Assembly: GCA_013334245.1 (NCBI GenBank)
Contig: JAAXXZ010000003.1
Span: 2-64,001 of the forward strand
Source: Candidatus Moraniibacteriota bacterium
GTDB taxonomy: Bacteria; Patescibacteriota; Minisyncoccia; Moranbacterales; UBA1568
Direction: 5' to 3'
DNA length: 64,000 bases
The translations under genes and the position numbers were made by a program. Position 1 is the first letter of the stretch, and each line of letters begins with the position of its first letter. Below are positions 1-8,410 of this stretch, in pieces. A model generated the notes under the pieces. That model was given only the letters and a program-made list of their open reading frames with translations. It was not told where the DNA came from and ran no database searches.

Positions 1-71
1 GACGGTCATCGACTCTCCTTTTTCCAACCCGAGGCTGATCTCCTCGCGCTCAGCATCGGACAGGCGCGTAT

Positions 72-752
72 ATGATGTTTGCATACGGACAGGGTATCCG
101 TTGCGTTAGATTCTGGAAACCGCCAAATAAACAGTCATACAGTTATCGTTGCGCCCGCCATGAAGGCGGCCTGCTCGTGAGAGTGCTTGAAGGGCTCGGT
201 ATAAACGTTATTCGGAGCGGTTCCGAATGCGCGCTGAATTTCGATTTCCTCCCTGCGGAGCAGCGAATAGGGTCGTTTGCCGAACATCATGCCTTGTCCG
301 CGTCGCGCTGTGCTCAGAAAACATGTTTCAGTCGCGTGGTATGCGGATTCCATTCCGGCGCGATATTCAACGACTGCCTGTTGGGCGGTCCGCGGAACCA
401 AGCGGACCTTATCCACCTGCTGAAACTTTTGCGGAGAAAATCATACCGTTTCTTCGCGGTCGTCCATCTCAAGGTCTACGGATATCAGGGCGTATTACAA
501 ACGGAATGTTCCGAGACGATCGAAATCAATCCGTTCGTGCGGGACTTGAGTGATTCGGAGATTGCCGAGAGTGTCGCCGGAATACCTGAAAACCTTGTAT
601 GGTTGTACGATCCGGGTGTCCGCGCTTTGCCTGATTTCGAACACTCGTTCCGTCGGTATCTTTCCGAGGGAAGTGGTGACCGGAACGAATATGTCAGCCG
701 ACTCAAGCTGTTCTTGAGGACGGAGCTTACGAAAGCCGGAAAACTGAAGTGA
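72..752 (+). CDS. hypothetical protein. Long ORF, Cys/Arg-rich N-terminus, more protein-like C-terminal half.
   Basis: 681 nt open frame with no better alternative on either strand. No recognisable motif and no clear RBS. Confidence 0.25.
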   Translation: MMFAYGQGIRCVRFWKPPNKQSYSYRCARHEGGLLVRVLEGLGINVIRSGSECALNFDFLPAEQRIGSFAEHHALSASRCAQKTCFSRVVCGFHSGAIFNDCLLGGPRNQADLIHLLKLLRRKSYRFFAVVHLKVYGYQGVLQTECSETIEINPFVRDLSDSEIAESVAGIPENLVWLYDPGVRALPDFEHSFRRYLSEGSGDRNEYVSRLKLFLRTELTKAGKLK

Positions 753-823
753 CACCAGTCATGTGTCATGCAAAAAAGCCCAAGGGTAATCCCGGGCTTT
801 TTTCGCATCCTGGCGGATATTTC

Positions 824-1732
824 CTAGAACCACTTTTTCACCTTGAAGATGAAGACCGTGACAAAGGCGACGATCAGCATGACGACGGAATGTATCCAGA
901 ACGCGTTCGGGTTATCCGTGAGCGGAATCCGGGCGCTCATCGCCATGACGTTCGAATACAGGGTGATCGGGAGCAGTACGGCGCTGAAAATCGTGAGGAC
1001 TTTCATCGTCATGTCGAGCTTGTTCGAGAGCAGCGAGTTGTTCGTGTCCTCGAGCGCCTCTATGGTCTCCTTGGTGCTTTCCAGGATGTTCCAGATACGG
1101 ATATTCGTGCCGATCAGGTCCTGGAAATAGATCTTCAGTTCGTCCGGGATGAACGGGTGGTCCTTCTGCGAGAGCGAGTCGAGGATGGAGCGCTGCGGCT
1201 TGAGCGTCCGCCGGAAGTTGAGGATGTCGCGTTTCACGACGGATATCTCGAGCACCATTTCCTTCTCGTGGTCCGAGAAGACCTGTGTCTCGATGTAGTC
1301 CAGGTTCTCGGAGATGTGATGCAGTTTCGGGAAGCAGGAATTGAGCAGGATGTCGAGGATGTGGTACAGGAGGTGTGCCGGAGTCTTCGCAAAATAGGTC
1401 CGCTGGCTTCCCTTGCTCTTGCTCAGCTTGTCGAAAAAATCGCGGATCTGATAGATGTCGTGCTTGTGCGAGGTGATCAGGTAGTCCTTGGTCAGGATGA
1501 TGTCGAGCTCGCCCGGAAACGTGGTACGGAGCGCCGTATCGAAGAGCGGGGTGTGTACGGAAAGAAAGAGGCAGTTCTCGTACTGCACGGCCTTCGGCTG
1601 GTAGGTCGGGGTCATCAGCTCCTCGATCGCAAGGGGGTGGATGTTGAAGTTTTCCTGCAGGTACGTGATGTCGCTCTGCTGAGGATCAAGAAAGTCTATC
1701 CACGTAAACTTCCCGGATTTGATGATATTCAT
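824..1732 (-). CDS. CorA-like Mg2+/Co2+ transporter with a degenerate GMN motif
   Basis: 302 aa. The C-terminus has two TM helices with LLPITLYSNVMAMS...NPNAFW and a final KVKKWF, matching CorA TM1 architecture (FLPLT.I.G.YGMNF) except GMN is replaced by SNV. Long soluble N-terminal domain. Confidence 0.6.
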   Translation of the reverse strand: MNIIKSGKFTWIDFLDPQQSDITYLQENFNIHPLAIEELMTPTYQPKAVQYENCLFLSVHTPLFDTALRTTFPGELDIILTKDYLITSHKHDIYQIRDFFDKLSKSKGSQRTYFAKTPAHLLYHILDILLNSCFPKLHHISENLDYIETQVFSDHEKEMVLEISVVKRDILNFRRTLKPQRSILDSLSQKDHPFIPDELKIYFQDLIGTNIRIWNILESTKETIEALEDTNNSLLSNKLDMTMKVLTIFSAVLLPITLYSNVMAMSARIPLTDNPNAFWIHSVVMLIVAFVTVFIFKVKKWF

Positions 1733-1850
1733 AGTCCGTTTCGATGTTGCTTTTGTTTCAGTATATCAGATGGATCGTTTACAGCCAAAGTGATCGGGTG
1801 TACGATTGGTAAACTTCATATATAGGCTTTCAATCACATTAGAAAGTGGC

Positions 1851-1919
1851 GTCGCCCGCAATCGCGACCCTTTCTCCCTTTCAAAAAGGGAGTACCGATT
1901 CCGCGAGGGGAGGGATTTG
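1851..1919 (+). repeat. dispersed intergenic repeat family 1, copy A: hairpin CTCCCTTT-loop-AAAGGGAG + AGTACCG + GGGGAGGGATTTG
   Basis: gtcgcccgcaatcgcgac hairpin, then ctccctttcaaaaagggagtaccgattccgcgaggggagggatttg. Related copies at 5461-5510, 5531-5650 and 43111-43217. Coordinates approximate. Confidence 0.6.
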
Positions 1920-1944
1920 TTTGTAACAAGTACTCGATGATTGT

Positions 1945-2184
1945 ATGAAAAGATTGATCTTAATCATCATCCGGCTCTATCAGAAGACGCTTTCGCTCGA
2001 CCACGGACTGCTGGGGAAAATCATTCCCGGTGGCGCGTGCCGATTCCATCCGACCTGCTCCGAATATACCTACCAGGCGATCGACCGATTTGGCCTGTTT
2101 CGAGGCGGTTGGCTTGGACTTCAACGATTATCGCGCTGTCATCCCGGGAATCCCGGCGGGTACGATCCCGTGCCGAAGGAATAA
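1945..2184 (+). CDS. yidD: membrane protein insertion efficiency factor YidD
   Basis: 79 aa with the conserved [10 protein letters not shown] signature and RLSRCHP, typical of YidD. Confidence 0.85.
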   Translation: MKRLILIIIRLYQKTLSLDHGLLGKIIPGGACRFHPTCSEYTYQAIDRFGLFRGGWLGLQRLSRCHPGNPGGYDPVPKE

Positions 2185-2190
2185 CGCACA

Positions 2191-2226
2191 AAAAATCAAA
2201 GAGCCCTCATCGGAATGGGGCTCTTT
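2191..2226. terminator. bidirectional intrinsic terminator between yidD and the convergent minus-strand ORFs
   Basis: Stem agagccc/gggctct (2200-2206/2218-2224) with an 11-nt loop. T-rich on the minus-strand side (ctttgattttttg), weaker T-tract on the plus side. Confidence 0.5.
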
Positions 2227-2458
2227 CGTAACGAGCAAACAGAGTCACTGCTCTGGTTCGTCGATGTTGATGGTAGCGCCCGTGTTGCCGCCGGCGAATA
2301 TCGGTCTTTCGGGCGTGGTCGGTGGCGTGCCTCCGAAGTTGAACGGGCGTTCACAATGTGAGGTCTCGGGTTTAGATTCCCGTGAGTCGGCACCGTTTCC
2401 GGAGCCGTCGATAGGCTTCTGCTGCTGTGGCATGTGCTTTTGGTTTTGGTTATTCGGC

Positions 2459-2650
2459 CTATAACATCGTTTGGGTCGCTTCCGCGATATCTGCGGGAGT
2501 GACCGTGCGCTTTTTGGTGCTCGGATTTGCGTTACATCCGGGTGAAACGGTCGGGTGTGCACCGGCGCCAAAAGGCTCTGCGGGGATGGTGTGCGGATAC
2601 TCGTTCGCTTTCTGTGGGCGTTCGTGAGTATTTTTTGTCTGGTCTGCCAT
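2459..2650 (-). CDS. small Pro-rich hypothetical protein (63 aa)
   Basis: ATG preceded by AGGAGA at the proper spacing (ccaggagacctcATGgcagac). Protein MADQTKNTHERPQKANEYPHTIPAEPFGAGAHP... A second small frame continues to 2245. Tentative. Confidence 0.3.
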   Translation of the reverse strand: MADQTKNTHERPQKANEYPHTIPAEPFGAGAHPTVSPGCNANPSTKKRTVTPADIAEATQTML

Positions 2651-2868
2651 GAGGTCTCCTGGATAGAATTGGCGAAGGCTTCTTTGTAAATAGCAAGTAT
2701 CACGATTATGGAAATGGAGCGGGATATTGTCAAGGAGATACGACCTATTGCAAGTCATCGATAAGTCGGGATCGGAGTCGGTCTGCATGATGTAAAAATG
2801 TCCATAAAATGCAAATGACCCCGTATCCTTAGATAGGGGGTCATTGCGGGCGTTGCCGTTGCCGTCGG

Positions 2869-3459
2869 TTACCTTTTTACGCGAAATCCAGGCATACGTG
2901 CGAGGAAATCAAGAATGTTTCCACTGCCTGAGACTCCAACCACTTCGACTCCTTCGATTCCTGCGAATGTTTGGCTGAGCTCGCGTTTGAGCTGGCAGCT
3001 GATGCATTGGCATTCCTCTTTTACTTTGATCAGGTTGTATTGCGATAAAATCATGATGCTACCGAGACTCTTCAATGAATCCGATGCACCAGAATTTTCG
3101 CCAACAGAAACGTTCGGGGCGGATGCGCTTTCTACCAGACAGCCGATGAACAACTGCTTTTTGATCTGGTCAGCGACTGTTGATGTCTCCGTCTTGCTCT
3201 GTAACTCCATGAGTTCAACGAGAGCCCGTTCGAAAGGTGTCATTGGCCGCATGCCCTTGATGTCCAGGCGAGAAGTAAGCTCTTCATCTATCGGCTTGCT
3301 TTCTTTGCCGACGAATGTGGCAGCCGAGCGAAGAATGCTGCCGAGCTCTCTTCCCTCGAGACCAAGTTCGTTAACAACGGTGTTGATGGCCTGCTCGAGG
3401 ACGGTATTTGTTGATTCAGGTGAAGTTGAATCTGCTTTGGATGTGTCGTGTTTAGGCAT
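2869..3459 (-). CDS. hypothetical protein (196 aa) in a locally AT-richer segment
   Basis: Clean ORF ending at a hairpin terminator (tgacccc...ggggtca + T-tract on the minus side at about 2800-2840). No recognisable domain. Confidence 0.5.
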   Translation of the reverse strand: MPKHDTSKADSTSPESTNTVLEQAINTVVNELGLEGRELGSILRSAATFVGKESKPIDEELTSRLDIKGMRPMTPFERALVELMELQSKTETSTVADQIKKQLFIGCLVESASAPNVSVGENSGASDSLKSLGSIMILSQYNLIKVKEECQCISCQLKRELSQTFAGIEGVEVVGVSGSGNILDFLARMPGFRVKR

Positions 3460-3593
3460 GGATATCTGAATCTTGTTGTTAATTGAAATACTATTACTCC
3501 AGAAAGTCTGGAGATGTCACAGTAGCATAATGAGGCAAAACTGTCAAATATAAGACAGTGGCCAGGATAAGGGTAAAAGTGACCGATTTTCGA

Positions 3594-3620
3594 TTAGCAC
3601 TCAGACTTGACGAGTGCTAA
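3594..3620 (+). promoter_or_regulatory. CIRCE operator (HrcA binding site) upstream of hrcA
   Basis: Perfect consensus TTAGCACTC-N9-GAGTGCTAA (ttagcactc agacttgac gagtgctaa). Confidence 0.92.
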
Positions 3621-3635
3621 TCAAGCATTTATACT
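3607..3635 (+). promoter_or_regulatory. sigma70-type promoter overlapping CIRCE (-35 TTGACG, 17-nt spacer, -10 TATACT)
   Basis: ttgacg at 3607-3612 (inside the CIRCE right half), 17 nt, tatact at 3630-3635. Same architecture as the dnaK promoter at 6071-6099. Confidence 0.7.
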
Positions 3636-3755
3636 GTATCTGATGAAGCTGCGTAAGCTGCTAAAGCCTCTTTAGCTTCAGAAGCTTCCCTGATCCCACT
3701 CCCGTCTAACACCTTTTGAAGCTCATGCAGCTTCTGAAGCTCTCGAAGCTCCCAT

Positions 3756-4490
3756 ATGAATGAACGACAGAAACAAGTACTCGCCGCGATCGTCGAGGAA
3801 TATAGCAAGACCGCCGTACCGGTCGGGTCCCAGCTCCTGTTGGAGCAGTACGGATTCGAGGTGTCTTCGGCGACCCTGCGCAACGATATGCTCGCGCTCG
3901 AAAAAGCCGGGATGCTCTATCAGCCGCATACCTCGGCCGGGCGCATCCCGACCGACAAAGGGTATCGGTTTTTCGTCGAGGAGATCATGCCGGACGAGTC
4001 GCTCTCGCTTTCCGAACAGAAGTCGATGCAGAAGGAGTTGTTGACGCTTCGCGCCAAACATACCCGTCTGGGTCGCAGCACCGCAAAACTCCTGTCCGCG
4101 CTTTCGGGGAACCTGGCCGTCGCCGGTCTCGGTGATAACGAAGGATTGTATGATTTCGGCATGAAGGAACTGCTGGAGAACCCGGAGTTCCGCGAACTCG
4201 ACGAGCTCTGCCGGTTGGTGGAGGCTCTCGATTCGCTCGATGAGAAGTTCGATACGATCCTGGCGGAACTTTCCCAGGGCGAGACGAAGATCTTCATCGG
4301 TAAGGAAAATCCGATCGCCGAGATATCGAACTGTTCCATGATGGTCGCGCCGTACGAGAACGAGGAAGGTCGGGGAATCCTGGCGATCATCGGTCCGAAG
4401 CGGATGCAGTATGCCAAGAACAAGTCCCTGCTGGAACACATGCGCAAACTCCTGTCCGCCTCGCTCGTCCTGATCATATTCATACGATAA
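3756..4490 (+). CDS. hrcA: heat-inducible transcription repressor HrcA
   Basis: 244 aa. The N-terminus MNERQKQVLAAIVEEYSKTAVPVGSQLL...SSATLRNDM is the HrcA winged-helix signature. Preceded by CIRCE. Confidence 0.9.
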   Translation: MNERQKQVLAAIVEEYSKTAVPVGSQLLLEQYGFEVSSATLRNDMLALEKAGMLYQPHTSAGRIPTDKGYRFFVEEIMPDESLSLSEQKSMQKELLTLRAKHTRLGRSTAKLLSALSGNLAVAGLGDNEGLYDFGMKELLENPEFRELDELCRLVEALDSLDEKFDTILAELSQGETKIFIGKENPIAEISNCSMMVAPYENEEGRGILAIIGPKRMQYAKNKSLLEHMRKLLSASLVLIIFIR

Positions 4491-4518
4491 TTCAGACCGT
4501 AACACGCACGAAAAAGTT

Positions 4519-5415
4519 ATGCCGAAACACAAGGAGACAACGGAGGAGCCGAATTTCCGGTTCGAACTGTCTGCGAAGGCGGTCGTCGTCGGACCCGACG
4601 GGAAAGTCCTGATTCTGACCCGCTCCAAGCATGAGACGAGCGCGCAGGGGAAACGGGATTTGCCCGGAGGGAGCGTGGATTCGGGGGAAACGGTGGAGGA
4701 GGCGGTCCGGCGAGAAATCATGGAGGAAGCCGGTCTTTCCGTGACGGGCATCGCTCCGCTTCCGGTCTATCGACATACGAAGACGGGTGAAAGCGAACTG
4801 CAGCGGGTTCGGTTCGTAGCGTTCTCCGATTCGAACGATGTGACGCTTGATCCGATGGAGCATTCCGAGTTCGAATGGCTCACCCCCGACGAGGCGATTG
4901 CCAAGCTGTCTGACAAGGGATTCGAAGCGGATAAGCGAGAGTCGGTCATGCGGGCCAAGGAGTATATGGAGCTGCAGGATTCCCTTGGGGGATGGAAGCG
5001 GTGCCTGGCGGACTTTGATAACTACAAGAAGCGGCAGGAGGCTTCGCAGAAAGAGATGGGGCAGTATCTGGTGGAGCGGCTCCTGAACGACCTGGTTCCG
5101 GTACTCGACAATTTCCATGCGGCGGCGTCCCATGTTCCGGAAGAATCGAAAGACAATCCCTGGGTCGTTGGTATCGGGTATATCGAAAAGCAGCTCGAGG
5201 ATACGCTTGCCCAGCACGGGGTTCGCGTCATCGAGGTGAAAGAGGGTGATGCGTTCGATCCGAGCCGGCACGAGGCTTTGAGCGACAGCTCGACAGAGGC
5301 GGAAGAAGGGGAGGAAGGGGACGAACCGAAGGGGCACGTGATCGCCAAAGTCCTGCAAAACGGATACATGATAGGAGATAAAGTCGTCCGGGCGGCGAAG
5401 GTAGCCGTAAAGTAG
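4519..5415 (+). CDS. grpE: GrpE nucleotide exchange factor with an N-terminal Nudix hydrolase domain (Nudix-GrpE fusion)
   Basis: 298 aa. Residues about 1-150 carry a full Nudix box GSVDSGETVEEAVRREIMEEAGL (G-x5-E-x7-REU-x-EE-x-GU). Residues about 150-298 are canonical GrpE (ADFDNYKKR, VLDNFHAAA, DPSRHEAL, GYMIGDKVVRAAKVAV). Single uninterrupted frame. Confidence 0.85.
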   Translation: MPKHKETTEEPNFRFELSAKAVVVGPDGKVLILTRSKHETSAQGKRDLPGGSVDSGETVEEAVRREIMEEAGLSVTGIAPLPVYRHTKTGESELQRVRFVAFSDSNDVTLDPMEHSEFEWLTPDEAIAKLSDKGFEADKRESVMRAKEYMELQDSLGGWKRCLADFDNYKKRQEASQKEMGQYLVERLLNDLVPVLDNFHAAASHVPEESKDNPWVVGIGYIEKQLEDTLAQHGVRVIEVKEGDAFDPSRHEALSDSSTEAEEGEEGDEPKGHVIAKVLQNGYMIGDKVVRAAKVAVK

Positions 5416-5460
5416 TCAGAAGTCTATAAAGTCGAAAGTTGAAAGTCGGTTAAGTCGGAT

Positions 5461-5510
5461 TTCTCCCTTTCGGAAAAGGGAGTACCCGGTAGTCCTGGGG
5501 GAGGGATTTG
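5461..5510 (+). repeat. repeat family 1, copy B
   Basis: ttctccctttcggaaaagggagtacccggtagtcctgggggagggatttg. Confidence 0.6.
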
Positions 5511-5530
5511 AATCGTCAGAAAATCCCCCT

Positions 5531-5650
5531 GTCCCATCTTGATATGGGACGTCCCCCTTTTTCAAAGGTGGAAATCGGTGGTCGTCGACGTTTACGGTGC
5601 ATCTCCCTTTTGTAAAGGAAATATACGGTAGTCCGGGGGAGAGATATGTA
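5531..5650 (+). repeat. repeat family 1, copy C (two hairpins, degenerate tail)
   Basis: gtcccatcttgatatgggac hairpin, ccccctttttcaaaggtgg hairpin, then ctcccttttgtaaaggaaatatacggtagtccgggggagagat. Confidence 0.5.
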
Positions 5651-5681
5651 TGAAGAGGTCAGGCGTTTATAAAACAAATAT

Positions 5682-6014
5682 ATGATCACCTACGAGGATT
5701 TCGAGAAGGTGGATATACGGATCGGGACGGTGACGGCCGCCGAGGAGTTTCCCGAGGCGCGGAAGCCTGCCTACAGGCTGACGATCGATTTCGGTCCGGA
5801 TGTTGGCATCAAGAGGTCATCCGTGCAGATTACGAAACGGTATGCGAAGGACGAGCTGGTTGGGAGGCAGGTGATGGGGGTCGTGAACTTCCCGCCGAAG
5901 CAGATAGGCCCGTTCATTTCCGAAGTGCTGACGCTGGGGTTTTCGGACGAGAACGGGGAAGTCGTGCTGGCCGTTCCGGACAAGCCGGTCCCGAACGGAA
6001 AGAACATGTTTTGA
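5682..6014 (+). CDS. csaA: CsaA-like protein (tRNA-binding/EMAP fold), putative export chaperone
   Basis: 110 aa, same size as B. subtilis CsaA. Motifs DFEKVDIRIGTV and GRQVMGVVNFPPKQIG are typical of the Trbp111/CsaA tRNA-binding domain. Sits inside the chaperone operon. Confidence 0.65.
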   Translation: MITYEDFEKVDIRIGTVTAAEEFPEARKPAYRLTIDFGPDVGIKRSSVQITKRYAKDELVGRQVMGVVNFPPKQIGPFISEVLTLGFSDENGEVVLAVPDKPVPNGKNMF

Positions 6015-6057
6015 ACGCGGCGTTGATATGAAGTGTTTACAAAGCCTTATCACGTGA

Positions 6058-6084
6058 TTAGCACTCTCACTTGACGAGTGCTAA
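6058..6084 (+). promoter_or_regulatory. second CIRCE operator, upstream of dnaK
   Basis: ttagcactc tcacttgac gagtgctaa, a perfect TTAGCACTC-N9-GAGTGCTAA. Confidence 0.92.
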
Positions 6085-6099
6085 GACAAAATCTATAAT
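6071..6099 (+). promoter_or_regulatory. sigma70-type promoter for dnaK (-35 TTGACG, 17 nt, -10 TATAAT)
   Basis: ttgacg 6071-6076, 17-nt spacer, tataat 6094-6099. The -35 lies inside the CIRCE right half. Confidence 0.75.
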
Positions 6100-6113
6100 G
6101 AATTCGTACGTAC

Positions 6114-6420
6114 GGTATGGCTCCCCGCAAAGCTTCCGAAGTTGGTCGGAGAATATACTCCGCCACTGTCACGGAAACGCCTGCGGCTTAGCCGGAAGAT
6201 AAAGAGTAATCGATAATAAGAAGCTCGCGGGGTGCTCATATTTGTAGCATTTCGCGGACTCAGGAAGAAAGGTATGGCTCCCCGCAAAGCTTCCGAACTC
6301 GGTGAGAGAATATACTTCACCATTGTCACGGAAGCGCCTACGGCTTAGCCGGAAGATAAAGAGTAATCGATAATAAGAAGCTCGCGGGGTGCTCATATTC
6401 GTAGCATTTCGCGGACTCAA
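6114..6420 (+). repeat. tandem duplication (2 x about 157 bp) forming the dnaK 5-prime leader. Each unit carries a 24-codon uORF.
   Basis: Unit 1 6114-6270 and unit 2 6271-about 6419 are about 90% identical. The uORFs are atg 6117..tag 6191 and atg 6274..tag 6348 (MAPRKASE...). Copy 2 is preceded by aggaagaaagg. Confidence 0.8.
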
Positions 6421-8354
6421 TGACGAATATGGCAAAGATACTCGGAATTGATCTCGGGACGACGAACTCGGCGATGGCTATCGTCGAAGGCGGAAGCCCG
6501 TCGATCGTGGAAAACAAGGAAGGCAACCGGACGACCCCGTCCATGGTGGCCATTTCCAAGACGGGCGAACGCCTGGTCGGACTCCTGGCCAAGCGGCAGG
6601 CGGTCACGAACCCGGGCGACACGCTCTTCTCGATCAAACGGCTCATCGGACGCCACTTCAATGACGAGGAAGTGCAGCGTGACCTGAAGACCCTGCCGTA
6701 CAAGATCATCCAGGCGGGTGAGGGGACGAAGATCGTCATGGGCGGCAAGGAATACACCCCGCAGGAAATCTCGGGAATGATTCTCGGCAAGCTCAAGGCC
6801 GATGCGGAAGAGAAGCTCGGCGAGAAGATCACCGAAGCGGTCATCACCGTTCCGGCATACTTCGACGATTCCCAGCGCAAGGCGACGATGGAGGCCGGCG
6901 AGATCGCGGGCCTCAATGTGCGCCGCATCATCAATGAGCCGACGGCGGCCGCGCTCGCGTACGGGTTCAACAAGAAGAAGGACGAGAAGATCGCGGTCTA
7001 TGACCTCGGTGGCGGTACGTTCGACATCTCGATCCTCGAGGTGGCCGAAGACACCGTCGAGGTGAAGTCCACCAACGGCGACACGCACTTGGGAGGTGAC
7101 GACTTCGACCAGCGCATCATGCACTGGATCCTCGACGAGTTCAAGAAGCAGGAAGCCATCGACCTCAGTAAAGACCCGCTCGCGCTCCAGCGTATCAAGG
7201 AAGCGGCCGAAAAGGCGAAGATCGAACTCTCGACCGCGCAGGAGTCCGAAATCAATCAGCCGTTCATCACGAGCGGTGCCGACGGACCGAAGCACCTCGT
7301 CATGAAGCTCACCCGGGCCAAGCTCGAAGAGATCGTGCATGACCTCGTGGAAGCGACCCTCGTGCCGGTCAAGAAGGCACTTGCCGATGCGAAGCTCGAT
7401 GCCAAGGATATCAACGAGGTGGTGCTCGTCGGCGGTATGACGCGCATGCCGCTCGTGTTGGCGACCGTGGAGAAATTCTTCGGCAAGAAACCGAATATCT
7501 CGGTCAATCCGGACGAGGTTGTCGCGATGGGTGCGGCGATCCAGGGCGGCGTGCTCGAAGGGTCGGTCAAGGACGTCTTGCTCCTCGATGTCACCCCGCT
7601 CACGCTCGGTATCGAGACCATGGGCGGCGTGCGCACCGCGCTCATCGAACGCAATACGACCATCCCGGCGTCCAAGTCGCAGACCTTCTCGACCGCGGCG
7701 GACAATCAGCCATCCGTCGAGATCCACGTCTTGCAGGGCGAGCGCGAGATGGCCGCGGACAACAAGTCCCTCGGACGGTTTATCCTCGACGGCATCCCGC
7801 CGGCGCCGCGCGGCATCCCGCAGGTCGAAGTGACCTTCGATATCGACGCCTCGGGCATTCTCTCCGTCACGGCCAAGGACAAGGCGACCAACAAGAGCCA
7901 GTCCATCCGTATCGAGGCCTCTACCGGTCTCAAGGACGAGGAGATCGAGCGCATGAAGAAGGATGCCGAACTCCATGCCGAGGAGGACAAGCACAAGAAG
8001 GAACTCGTCGAGGCGCGCAATATCGCCGACACGCTCTCCTACACGACGGCCAAGGCGATAAAGGATGCGGGCGACAAACTGACCGAGGACGAGAAGAAGC
8101 CGGTCGAAGAAGCCATCGCCGAGCTCGATAAGGTCAAGAACGGCGACGACCTTGAGGCCATCAAGAAGGCGAGCGAAACCCTCTCCGAAGCGGCACAGAA
8201 GATCGGCGAGAAACTCTATGCTGCGGCTCAGGCTGCCAACGAACAACCGACAACTGACAACTCACAACAGGGAAGCGGAACATCGGATTCGGAAGGAGCG
8301 AAGGACGCCGAAGTGGACGATAGCGCCCCGGCAGGTGAGGAGGAAAAGAAGTAG
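6420..8354 (+). CDS. dnaK: molecular chaperone DnaK (Hsp70)
   Basis: 644 aa with [21 protein letters not shown] and other canonical Hsp70 motifs. Acidic C-terminal tail ending EEKK. Confidence 0.97.
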   Translation: MTNMAKILGIDLGTTNSAMAIVEGGSPSIVENKEGNRTTPSMVAISKTGERLVGLLAKRQAVTNPGDTLFSIKRLIGRHFNDEEVQRDLKTLPYKIIQAGEGTKIVMGGKEYTPQEISGMILGKLKADAEEKLGEKITEAVITVPAYFDDSQRKATMEAGEIAGLNVRRIINEPTAAALAYGFNKKKDEKIAVYDLGGGTFDISILEVAEDTVEVKSTNGDTHLGGDDFDQRIMHWILDEFKKQEAIDLSKDPLALQRIKEAAEKAKIELSTAQESEINQPFITSGADGPKHLVMKLTRAKLEEIVHDLVEATLVPVKKALADAKLDAKDINEVVLVGGMTRMPLVLATVEKFFGKKPNISVNPDEVVAMGAAIQGGVLEGSVKDVLLLDVTPLTLGIETMGGVRTALIERNTTIPASKSQTFSTAADNQPSVEIHVLQGEREMAADNKSLGRFILDGIPPAPRGIPQVEVTFDIDASGILSVTAKDKATNKSQSIRIEASTGLKDEEIERMKKDAELHAEEDKHKKELVEARNIADTLSYTTAKAIKDAGDKLTEDEKKPVEEAIAELDKVKNGDDLEAIKKASETLSEAAQKIGEKLYAAAQAANEQPTTDNSQQGSGTSDSEGAKDAEVDDSAPAGEEEKK

Positions 8355-8363
8355 GCGTGTACT

Positions 8364-8408
8364 AAGAGCGAGGATTCATTTCCTCGCTCTTATAATTAAT
8401 TGTTTTTT
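8364..8408 (+). terminator. intrinsic terminator after dnaK
   Basis: Perfect 11-bp stem aagagcgagga/tcctcgctctt (8364-8374/8381-8391), loop ttcatt, then an AT/T-rich tract (ttgtttttt). No dnaJ follows. Confidence 0.8.
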
Positions 8409-8410
8409 GT

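Noticed and set aside
749-1825. 358-aa plus-strand ORF
   Set aside because: Fully antisense to the CorA-like gene. Acidic/Arg-rich low-complexity translation, typical shadow ORF in GC-rich DNA.
3723-4751. 342-aa minus-strand ORF (and 3920-4483 minus)
   Set aside because: Antisense to hrcA, whose identity is unambiguous.
4492-5358. 288-aa minus-strand ORF
   Set aside because: Antisense to the Nudix-grpE gene.
6093-6435. Minus-strand ORFs 6093-6329 and 6169-6435
   Set aside because: They are the two copies of the tandem 157-bp leader repeat read in antisense. The repeated peptide reflects DNA duplication, not a gene.
6417-8246. 609-aa minus-strand ORF plus many nested Arg/Ser-rich ORFs
   Set aside because: Antisense to dnaK. 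R/H/D-rich nonsense composition.
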